A stretch of DNA of 63,833 bases, the filler included, from Octopus bimaculoides (Eukaryota), in the NCBI RefSeq assembly GCF_001194135.2. It is 5 parts of 5 records of this genome, joined end to end, with 100 filler letters (N's around TTAATTAATTAA, not from the genome) between each part and the next. Parts side by side here need not be neighbours in the genome. Positions count along the whole stretch, not along the records: positions 41,198 to 63,833 come from NC_068984.1; 4 more parts are not named here. One strand, given 5' to 3'. The translations under genes were made by a program, and so were the position numbers. Position 1 is the stretch's first letter. Every line of letters begins with the position of its first letter. The notes under the pieces were generated by a model. It searched no databases and was not told where the DNA came from. It was given only the letters and a program-made list of their open reading frames with translations. Below are positions 53,457 through 63,833 of the stretch, in pieces.

Positions 53457-55020
53457 GTGGGCAACTATGGAGTGAATTTTAGGGCTTATAAGTCTAATAT
53501 TTTTCTATCTTTCCTTAATACCAGTTCCCATATACTGCTCATATCTGCACTCTGTCTGCTTAGGAGGTTGTGTCCGAGCATATGTGCTGCTTCTTTTAGT
53601 TTTCGTATTTTCTAGTGGTGTTCTCTGTCTATTATTTTAACTTCATCCCACTGGGGAGGTGGTCTCCATTTTTCCATACATGCTCGATTTATCAATATCT
53701 CCTCGTGTCACAGCTGTGCGATGTTCGTCTACCCTTATTTTGAGGAGGTGGTATGTATACCAATAAGAAACTTGATGGAAATGTTGACCTTCTGTGTAGA
53801 AACTACCTACTTCAGTATAGACACTGATATATATCGACAAGAAGAGGGTTTAGCTATGGGTTCGCCATTATCACCAGTAATAGCCAATATATGCATGGAA
53901 TACTTTGAGAATTTGGCTTTAGGATCAACACCTCTAAAACCAACACTATGGCTACGATATGTTGACACCTTTATTCTCTGGCCCCACCAGGAAGATGTCC
54001 AAGTGCTGTTAGATCATGTGAACTCAATAAAGCCATCCATACAGTTCACAATGGAAAAGGAAACAGACAATCAGCTGGCATTCCTGGACGTATTAATAAC
54101 ATGTACCAAGTATGGATTCAGGACATGCGTATACTGTAAGCTGACCGTTACTGGACAGTACCTCAACTTCAATTCCCACCATCCATACAGTGTAAAGAGA
54201 GGGATTGCTCAGTGCCTAAAACATCAAGCAACGAATATAAGTAGCAATCGTGATATACACTACGAAGAAATGATCAAGCTCAATAACGATCTGTAAAGCA
54301 ACAACTACCCCAAAAGTATACTATCCACTCCAATCATGAAGAAGAGAGAGGATGAGTCCAATAAACTGTCCACTGTCTGTCTACCCTATGTGAAAGGGCT
54401 CTCCGAAAAGATACAAAACATATGCGGCCCGTATGACATTAGGACAGTATTCATAAGTAATACAACACTTCGCAAATATCTCCTTCGAGTAAAACCACCA
54501 ATAGAAGAGAATATGACCAAAGACTGCATGTACTCCATCCCATGCGGCTGTGGTAGGTTATACAAAGGCAAAACATGCCGCCCCCTCAAAATAAGGGTAG
54601 ACGAACATCGCATAGCTGTGACATGAGGAGATATTGATAAATCAGGTATAGCTGATCATGTATGGAAAAATGGAGACCACCTCCCCAGTGGGATGAAGTT
54701 AAAATAATAGACAGAGAACACCACTGGAAAATCCGAAAACTAAAAGAAGCAGCACATATGCTAGGACACAACAATCTCCTAAGCAGACTGAGTGCAGTTA
54801 TGAGCAGCATATGGGAACCGGTATTCTGGAAGGATAGGAAAATATTAGATTTATAAACCCTAAAATTCACTCTATAATTGCCCACGGTAGTGGTTAAGAG
54901 CACGGGCTACTAACCCCAAGATTCCGAGTTCGATTCCAAGCAGTGACCTGAACAATAATAATAATAATAACATCGAAAAATACCTTAGGAATAAGGACCC
55001 AGGTTCGAAATTTCCCCAAG

Positions 55021-55060
55021 ACACCTGAAGAAGGCTGGAAGGTATATTAGCTGAAACGTA
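55021..55060 (+). ncRNA. Minimal hammerhead-like core in the Poseidon-type PLE 3' end, with stem I damaged
   Basis: acac-CTGAAGA-a-ggctg(gaaggtatat)tagct-GAAA-CG-TA; the expected gtgt partner for stem I is missing in this copy. Confidence 0.5.
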
Positions 55061-55139
55061 TTAACAACAAACAAGATGAGGACAAATATCCCTCGAATGT
55101 AAATAATGTAAAGAATTAATATGCTTTGTTAGATAAAAT

Positions 55140-56300
55140 AAACTGAAGCTGGAGTTTCTCCTTCATTTTATAAACATCATAAAGATCTTGAAGGCAGCAT
55201 TGAAAATTTGGTTAGTAAACCAAAAATCTCCTCATCTGTAATCGACAAACATTGAGAAGCAAAACTCTTTTCTCTGGTAGAAGAATAAATGCTTAAAGAG
55301 CTAGTATTGCTCGAGAATTCCATCTTGCATTACTTAAGTTGAGTATTTTTTGAAACTTTACAATAGGAAATTTTCCAGTTTCTTGAAAGAAATGAAATCT
55401 CTGGTGAAATGAAATAGAAATTTCGTGCCATCTCGCCATCCTGCTGATTCATTAATCTTTTCTTCACCATTGTTGAAATTAACCAGGAGTTTCTCATAAT
55501 TACTTAGAAGCTCTGGGATGAAGGCATACTCAATATTGGGAGATGACTTTTTTTTCCAAGTTCATTATCCATTGCAACACAAAGAACTCTCTCAAGGATA
55601 TGATGCAATTATTTCAAACCCTTTTGAGCAAACAGTCTTTGCAACTGAATGACAATGCTGTTTCTTTTCCCAGTGTTCACACTCATTGTATCAATGACAA
55701 TCATCTTTACATCTAAAACAGCTGTTATTTCTTTCACAACAGTATCGGCTTTTACGCTTGGTAATTGGAGTGCTTCTAACTTAACTTCTCTCTGTTCATT
55801 CTTTAAAACTAGCACTTGGTATTCTTGGTCATCAATACGTTTACCATCAAAATGCAATGACCAGTTTTCTAAATGTAGTGTTTTCTTCATTTTCTTTTTT
55901 AGTTTAACAGCTTGGGGAGTCTCAACATTGATTCCATCTTGAGATGATTGTCAACAAACTGTTGCTACTTTTTGGGTTGATAGCTTGGAAGATATTACTA
56001 ACTTGATTGCAGTTTAATTTTGCTATACTTCCTCCTTGTTTGTGTGGATTCTTCATCTGATTTTTCGGACTCTTGACATTCACTTTTAGTCTTTGCTTCA
56101 GACACTGGAGTTGTTCTGGTTGAAGTTGGCATTAAGGACACTTTTCTTCTTTTAGATGGATGGACAGTTTTGGAACTGGATGCCTTTCCAGTTTCATATC
56201 CAACCCGTCCTTTGCTTTCAATTTGAAGATAACCTTCTATCCTCACTGCACGGCCATTCACTGTTTTCCCTTGTGATGTCAAAAATTCCTTTCAATGAAT
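55140..56300 (-). pseudogene. Decayed hAT-superfamily (hATm-like) transposase
   Basis: LHFDGK..YQVLVLKNE, IDTMSVNTGK (DT..NTG catalytic region), HHILERVL motif downstream. Confidence 0.7.
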
Positions 56301-57061
56301 CATATTTTCCTTGTTTTACACATTTATTGTAGGTATTCAGCACTTTTTCTCCTTTTGCTTATACATTTTGAATTGATGAATATGAGAAATGTAATTTTTT
56401 TTGCCATAAAAATATTACTTCTTTCGAAATTTCCTTTTTTCTTTCTTTCCTTCCTTTGATGGTACCTCCAAGGAACAGGTAGTGACTGACAATTTGAAGT
56501 TTCATTGGTATCCAAAGAATGCTCTTCTAGAGGAACATGTCTTCTTTTCCTATATGAGTCTTGAAATTGGACAAGATTCTTCATCCAGATTTTTTTCTTT
56601 CTTTGAGTGACACAAGCACTTCTCTTATGAGACATTATTTTAGATACTCTAGTTGGATAAGCCTACTATTCTGAAAAACAGTTAATATAATCAGAGTTTT
56701 TAGTGTCACAGGAGTAAAAAGGAGAGGAAGAGGACATTTCCTAAAGTAGGGCCTAAGTGGTAACAAATTAAAAACTCTATAACATCTAAACTACTTAGAC
56801 TTGAAAGCTGAAATTTGAGATATACTGCTTCTGCATTGCATTAAGTCAGCACACCAAGTTTGGGAAAAACTTGAGTAGGCATTATGAACCCCGCTAGAAC
56901 TTTGCATGATTTGGGTCAAAAGTGGTGTTAAATTTCTTCAGTTGGGAGTGATGTTTTTTTTTAAAAACTTAAAATAAAGGTTATTTTGCCTACTTATATG
57001 TTCATTGACTTGTAAGACAAGAAATTATTTACTTCCAAAAAATCAAAAAGTTATAACCTTA

Positions 57062-57129
<68 letters not shown>

Positions 57130-57899
57130 AAATAAGCAACAGGATATCAAGAAGTGATGCAGTACAACCATTTCAAGTGGCTCCATTTAATTGAACAATG
57201 CAATCATTACATCACTTTAAATGCAGAGCTATCATCAGTTGCACAAATAAGTAGAATTTTAATTAGTTGGACACATTAATATAATTTTTTTCAAATACTC
57301 TAACAGATCAAGAAGATGGAAGAAATCCATGTTGTCGCTATTGTAGCTAAGAATAGCCTACACTTCCAAGAAAGGCATGAAGCCCACTGGGGTCATAGCT
57401 TGCAAAGGATTGTGGTTCATTTCTAATTTATCTGTCTTTTTATCAACTACTAAATCTAAGATGAGAGGACTATGTCTGTTTGGAATGAAGGGTAAGATGG
57501 AGTCGATAGCTCATGGTTAGGTATGGTCATAAATATTGTCAAGACATTAGGAGTAGTAAATTGGGTATAGAGCAACTGTCTATAAAAGGAGGCTGGGTAG
57601 GGGAAGAGCCTAAATCATGATGTTCATTAGCCAGTTAAAGGGACAAGATGCTAATAAAAGCTATGTTGTTAATGCAGAGGAAATTTTATCATGAGGTACT
57701 ATGGGTGATTGTTTATAAGCAATATTGTTATGTTGTATGAAAATAAAATTTAAGGTTATCATACCAGACTGACTTTGTGCTTCAACTTAAGTACCTAATT
57801 TACCTGAATCTCAATTATTTCTTACATATACATATATTGTTTTTGGATTTGGTTTGCAAGATTCTTTATGTGAGTTTGTGTGTTGAAGCATATTCTGTT

Positions 57900-58660
57900 G
57901 TGTCTGGGGAGAGTCATTCTATTTTAGTGCCTTATAATTTAACACACTGCATGCAATTCTCTGGATATGATCAGAAAGATAGGGTTCGAGTATACAGGGG
58001 TATTAGAAAGAAGTTAGATAACATTATATGTAATGAAACCAGTGGTACCTTCCCTAGATATAGAAGCAAAGACTGGAACAGGATACAAAGAGCTGGTGAC
58101 AAAGCAAACAGGGTGAACACAGAATAAAACTAACAAATACCAAGGAGTGATGTTTGTAGAGGCCACAGCACTTGGAGAACTAGCCCATAGATTTAGGAAA
58201 GCACTGAAGGAGACCAAACTCAACATTAAGATTATTGAAAAGTCAGGGAACTCCATCAGATCAAAACTATGTAGGATGTATCCCTTTGAGAACACCATAT
58301 GCAACAACGATAACTGGATGGTATGTAGGATTAGCCTTGGCATTAACTGTAGAACTAGAAACGTAGTCTACAGTATAAGATGCATAGAAGGTGCTTGTAA
58401 AGACATGAACATGAAATACATAGGGGAGACATCTAAGAGCATTGTGGAATGACTAAATGAACATTTGAGACAATATGACGACAAAAAACAGTCCTCCATA
58501 CTCTACCAGCATGTCAAGGACCAACACAGAGGCAACCTGGGTCAACTTGACATCTGCATTTTATCCAAGCACCCAAAGGACCCAACACTCAGACAAATAC
58601 AGGAGTATGTCCTCATAAATGAAACATCCCCAGTACTAAATAGGAAATATATGTAGTAGA
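57900..58660 (+). pseudogene. Penelope-like element 3' fragment (thumb, linker, GIY-YIG), Naiad-like
   Basis: SGYDQKDR...YRSKDW, MFVEATALGELA, KIIEKSG, Cys linker, NVVYSIRC...YIGETSKS...EH...RQIQEYVLI...LNRK. Confidence 0.8.
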
Positions 58661-59149
58661 TAATCACACCCCCATACCTACAGTTTATATTTATATACAG
58701 GTAGAATAGTTAGTGGGCTGCTATGTAGATAGATGTGTGTGTGTGTGTGTATGCACATGTATGTAGGCATATGGATATGAAAGTAAACAGATAGACAAGC
58801 ACACATACACAAATGAAGACTGAAGCACATGACCATATACATACACACTTCACTTCACACAAGGAAACATATGGAGACACGTCTACACATATGGAGATAC
58901 ACATCCATACATACAGACACAAAAACCCATACACACACAGACATGCACACACAAGGAGACAGAGGTACACATACACATGCAAACACACACAAAAACATGA
59001 ATATGCAGAATACATACATACATATACACATACACACATGCAAAAATGCATACACACACTAACATGCATGCATACATACATACATACATACATGTGTATG
59101 TGCACACACACACTGACTCACACACATACGCAAAAACAAAAAAACAAAA

Positions 59150-59640
59150 CCCAATTTGCTGATTTTTCTGATGGCATGCAGATTTTGATGAATGGTTGAA
59201 TGACCAAATCCAAGCTTTTCTGGTAGTTCCTCAACAGTTACAATGGGATTTTGTTCCACCAGGATTTTGCAGGATGTCCTTGTCGAGCTCTACACATCTT
59301 CCAGGACAAGGCTCATATTCTAGGCTGTAGTTTCTGACTCTGAATTTCTGGAACCACTACTGACACTGGCATACGCTTATTGTCTGATCCCCATATGCTA
59401 TATTAATATTCCCCACACTTTCCCTTGCATTGTTGCCTTTATTGAACTCATAAAGCAAAATATGCCAAATATGCTCCTTTGTCACTTTCATTATAGCTTT
59501 GAAAAAATAACTTAAAATCAAATGCACTCTTCAAAAGCTGCACTAAGAATAAGGACAAGGTAAAATAATTTTGAACTGTGTGATTTCCTGGACCTTTTCA
59601 AACTAAATATAAGTAAGTCCACAGCTAACTTATTTAACCT
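59150..59640 (-). pseudogene. Mariner transposase N-terminal (HTH) fragment
   Basis: WFQKFRVRNYSLEYEPCPGR...EQNPIVTVEELPEKLGFGHSTIHQNLHAIRKISKLG. Confidence 0.8.
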
Positions 59641-60264
59641 TTCAAGTATAATAGACAAAATGAAAACTGAGGAAGAGGTGGTTTCTTACTTTCAAGAGAA
59701 AGANNNNNNNNNNNNNNNNNNNNNNNNNNNNNNNNNNNNNNNNNNNNNNNNNNNNNNNNNNNNNNNNNNNNNNNNNNNNNNNNNNNNNNNNNNNNNNNNN
59801 NNNNNNNNNNNNNNNNNNNNNNNNNNNNNNNNNNNNNNNNNNNNNNNNNNNNNNNNNNNNNNNNNNNNNNNNNNNNNNNNNNNNNNNNNNNNNNNNNNNN
59901 NNNNNNNNNNNNNNNNNNNNNNNNNNNNNNNNNNNNNNNNNNNNNNNNNNNNNNNNNNNNNNNNNNNNNNNNNNNNNNNNNNNNNNNNNNNNNNNNNNNN
60001 NNNNNNNNNNNNNNNNNNNNNNNNNNNNNNNNNNNNNNNNNNNNNNNNNNNNNNNNNNNNNNNNNNNNNTACAACTTTCGTAATGTTTTGCTTTAATTTT
60101 GTCTAATAAAAATTAGTCGTTATAATGCTTTTGCTTTCATTTTGTGATTAGACAGCTATCACGCAGGAAATGCCAGCTTCAAAATTTTGTTTTCTGATTG
60201 AGTAAAAATAATCAAACTTTAAACCTCTGGGATCTTTTCTCTTTGGCCGGCACATTTAAAAAAT

Positions 60265-61058
60265 AATTTTTTGTAACTAAACACTTTCAAAACTCGTATA
60301 CTGGAAGAATGTGTCACATAAAACATCATTTACTCTTGGCGTTTTTGAGAAAATTGTGTATTTTCGAAGTTATTTTGTGTTTAAGTTGTCGTATTTCGTT
60401 CGGTAATTTCAGCCAATCAATGACGTCTATTGAGGTGAAAACAATTACTGCTGTTGTTTGTCTACAACTTCCGGCGGTGTATATTTCGCTTGTCACTGTT
60501 ATTTATGATATATTTCATCTCAGTTACGTTTGTATGAATAAATGAGTGTATCAGAAGCATGTTTACTTCATGGCGCCACCACGATCGTTTGTGCATTTCT
60601 ACTGCTTTTAGTTTTTTCCCCTGTTTTTCAGCTATTTTTAGAAAGACATTTTGCCCCCTCCCCCTCCAATTTCTTCATTTTTCACATTTTTCCGTAACTC
60701 TAACCTTAAAATCCCAACCCTAACCCTAAAACCCCAACCCTAACATCCTAACTCTAAAACCCTAGCTCTAACCCTGATCCTAAAACCTTAAGGCTAAAAC
60801 CAGTACAAACGCACGAACGATGTCATAAATAACAGTGACAAATGAAATATACACCGCCGATAGTTGTTGTTGACAAACAACGGCAATAATTTTATTCAAC
60901 TGAATACACGTCATCGGTTGAAATTACCGAAATACAACTTTAACACGAAATAACTTTCAAAATATAAACTTTTCTCAACAACACTAAGAGTAAAGGATGT
61001 TTTATATGACACATTCTACCAGTGTCCAAAGTTTGAAGGTGTTTAGTTGCAAAAAATT
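60265..61058. mobile_element. Foldback/MITE-like element with about 250-bp inverted arms and a central degenerate (TAACCC)n array at 60695-60802
   Basis: aattttttgtaactaaacac versus gtgtttagttgcaaaaaatt; the arms align throughout. Confidence 0.8.
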
Positions 61059-61197
61059 AATTTCATTTGATTCTAAAATTTCAAAATCTGTAAGAGCAAC
61101 AAGATGGAGCCCCTTTTCTTCTCTCTCTCTCACCGATTAAATGAAAGGCAATCTTTCGATAGCCGCACGAGAAGTGAAAGTATTTCTTCTGTAATTT

Positions 61198-61982
61198 CGG
61201 ATCTATTTTAAAACGGGGGCCACAGTTTTCATTAATGTTTTATGTAGTGTTTTTGGTACCGAAAGACTTTCAAACTTCGTATACTTTTCTATTTTGTGTT
61301 ATAGAACAGAAAAATATTTTTGTATTCGAATTTATTTCATGTAAAAAATTGTCTTATTTCGATAATTTCAACCAATCACTGACAAGTAGTCAGTTGTTTA
61401 CATTTACTCCTTTGGCTGATTAAGCGGTGTAAANNNNNNNNNNNNNNNNNNNNNNNNNNNNNNNNNNNNNNNNNNNNNNNNNNNNNNNNNNNNNNNNNNN
61501 NNNNNNNNNNNNNNNNNNNNNNNNNNNNNNNNNNNNNNNNNNNNNNNNNNNNNNNNNNNNNNNNNNNNNNNNNNNNNNNNNNNNNNNNNNNNNNNNNNNN
61601 NNNNNNNNNNNNNNNNNNNNNNNNNNNNNNNNNNNNNNAAGATTAGGGTAAGCCTATAATAGAAAGGTTTAGTAGCTACTGCCAATATGCTTCAGCCATT
61701 TTTTGACAAGGAAATAATAATTTTATCACCGATAGAATTGTTTCAGAATCGTTTGTTTATGTAGTCGGCACTTAATGTATATCGGCTGAATGGACGTCAG
61801 TGATTGGTTGAAATTACAGAAATACGACAACTTTAACATGGAATAACTTAGAGATTTCTTTTTTTTTTTTTTTAAGAAGACTAAGAGAAAAAGATGTTTT
61901 ATATGACACATTCTACCAGTGTTTCAAGTTTCAAAGTGTTTCGTTAAGAAAATACTGTGGCCCCCGTTTTAAAATAGATCCG
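61198..61982. mobile_element. MITE of the same family with perfect 29-bp TIRs
   Basis: CGGATCTATTTTAAAACGGGGGCCACAGT at 61198-61226 and its exact reverse complement at 61954-61982; the centre lies in a gap. Confidence 0.88.
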
Positions 61983-62751
61983 TACTTTCTGTAAATAATT
62001 TTTATTTAATATTTTTCCAAACTGAATTGCATTAGTTTATGAATTTTTTTGGATCTTTTGTATGTATTATGTGTATATGTTTGTATATTTGTGTATGTAA
62101 GTACTGTATATTCACAAATATACATGTGTATACTCATACATACACACATACATATATATACACAACAAATACATAAACATAAACGATTCAGTTGGAAAAA
62201 AAGAAAAGAAATATATAATACATACACAAATATATATACATTCATGCATATAAACAAAGCGGAGATAATTTTCGGCGCAACCCTAACCACCGAGTGTGCG
62301 TATTCTTACATGCATACTTATACTTACATACTACAAAAATATACATACATACACACACACATAAACAAAAAGTACACAAACATAAAACAATTCAACTGAA
62401 AAAATTAAAGAAATAAAAAATTTTTACGGAAATTGCCGAAAAATACTTTCACTTCTCATGTGCGGATATCAAAAGGTTGCCAAATGAAGAAGTAACTGTT
62501 GAGAGGAAACACTTAACGTTAAACTAAAAATAAAATCAACAACGAAATAAAATAAAAAAGCAAACGTGAAAAGGTGTGAGTTTGCAGCAGTTGCGAAGAC
62601 CTATTTACGGTGTTTACGTTTGTGCGGGTATTGAAGTTTATGTCGTCTGAGCTGTGAGTGTAATATTGTCCTTCCCTTTACTTTTTTTTCAATTCTTTTA
62701 AATATTCTTGTTTCCTTCAACTATTTTGTCGTACATCTACATTATCAAATA

Positions 62752-63114
62752 CTAGCTGGTCTCGTGCCGTCAAAAATGATGGCTAATTGGGTTAATGTTT
62801 ACATCTTGACCCGGAAATGAAAATCCCCCCAAATACTGGAATGGGTGTAAAACAATATGTAGGAAACGAATATGACAAAAAAAAAATGCGCGCTAAGCAA
62901 CAGGAGGATGGGGAGAGGACTTCGGAAAATTCAAGTGAATTTTTAGGAAAATGGGGTATATGTGTTTATAGGATCTTTCTGATTTGACGGGCGCTACTTG
63001 TTTTCTTAATATGTGTGTTTGTATATATATATATATATGTATCTATATAATATATCTTTCTGCAGAGATATATGCAGAAATTATTTTCTGCAGAGATATT
63101 TCTCTCTATATAGA
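62752..63114 (-). mobile_element. Probable short non-autonomous Helitron
   Basis: Minus strand: 5' A|TCTATATAGAGAG; 3' gccatc-attttt-gacggc hairpin then CTAG|T. Confidence 0.5.
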
Positions 63115-63787
63115 TAGAGTATCAGGTCATCCCATAAGTTCTGTCCGATTTTACCTTTTTAAAATTGANNNNNNNNNNNNNNNNNNNNNNNNNNNNNNNN
63201 NNNNNNNNNNNNNNNNNNNNNNNNNNNNNNNNNNNNNNNNNNNNNNNNNNNNNNNNNNNNNNNNNNNNTATATATATAGTTCAAATTTACAGAAAACAAA
63301 AGACAAAGACAGGTGTAGAAACCACAAGCAGGTGTATTAGTTTAATGCTTGGGAAAAATGGAAAAGTCTTCTACGTTTTGAGCCTATACTCTTCGGTAGA
63401 AAGAATTAAGAGGAAAATGGAGAGAGAATGAAATGAGAGAGAAAAATCATGTAGAGTTCAATGGTCCAACATGGTAAGATGACTGGAAAAAGGGACTAAA
63501 TGAAAGGGAGATGATAATAATAATAATAACGGTAATGGTGACCTTAATGAACTAAGGTATGCAAGCCTGGTCTGTGTATATGAGAATGGTGTGTGTGAGT
63601 GTGAATGGGGGTGAGTGTGTGTGTGTGTGTGCATATGTGTGAGTATACATATACATATGAATGCATGTGTGGGGGGAGGCTAACATGTGTGTGTGTTGTT
63701 TGTAGCAGTTGATGTGTGCACATGTGTATGTGTATGTCTGTGACCAAATAGAGTGCAAGTGTATAGTATATGTTTGTGGGTGAAAGT

Positions 63788-63833
<46 letters not shown>

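Larger units (their letters stand above)
53290..55110 (+). mobile_element. Penelope/Poseidon-type PLE, 5'-truncated, with an inverted copy (53290-53732) of its 3' part (54585-55025)
   Basis: EEGLAMGSPLSPVIANI, WLRYVD, QFTMEKE..LAFLDV, YLNFNSHHP; GIY-YIG MYSIPCGCGRLY; about 440-bp inverted repeat. Confidence 0.92.

Noticed and set aside
58450-58452. In-frame TGA in the Naiad-like endonuclease (some Naiad PLEs are reported to encode selenocysteine)
   Set aside because: It falls at the Arg position of the E-R-x-x-E-H motif, not at a Cys, and is best explained by CGA-to-TGA decay. No SECIS was recognised.
63362-63405. Minus-strand ttctac-cgaa-gag(tatagg)ctc-aaaac-gtagaa, resembling a hammerhead variant
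   Set aside because: It lacks both CUGANGA and GAAA in this copy and has no adjacent PLE coding sequence; it cannot be supported without a consensus.

Overview
Repeat-rich animal genomic DNA, almost certainly Octopus (inferred from the tRNA-derived SINE families and dense microsatellites), with several N gaps (largest 4220-5078, 23743-24107, 45079-45583, 47550-48203, 59704-60069). The only host gene I can support is a partial METTL13 (eEF1A Lys55/N-terminal methyltransferase) on the + strand. Six GT-AG exons between 11716 and 22384 splice in frame into about 283 codons; the 5' exons and the true terminal exon are not identifiable. From about 38 to 63 kb the window is a nest of decayed transposons: Penelope-like elements (PLEs) of about four distinct lineages, an RTE-type LINE, Helitrons, a hATm-like transposase, mariner and foldback MITEs. 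The most interesting signals are RNA modules in the PLE terminal repeats: hammerhead-ribozyme-like folds in three PLE types, and in the Poseidon-type element a tRNA-like Pol III A/B-box unit, an (AAT)n linker and a hammerhead core directly after the endonuclease stop codon. All family and motif assignments come from recognition by eye, without database searches. Repeat boundaries are approximate unless termini are quoted.
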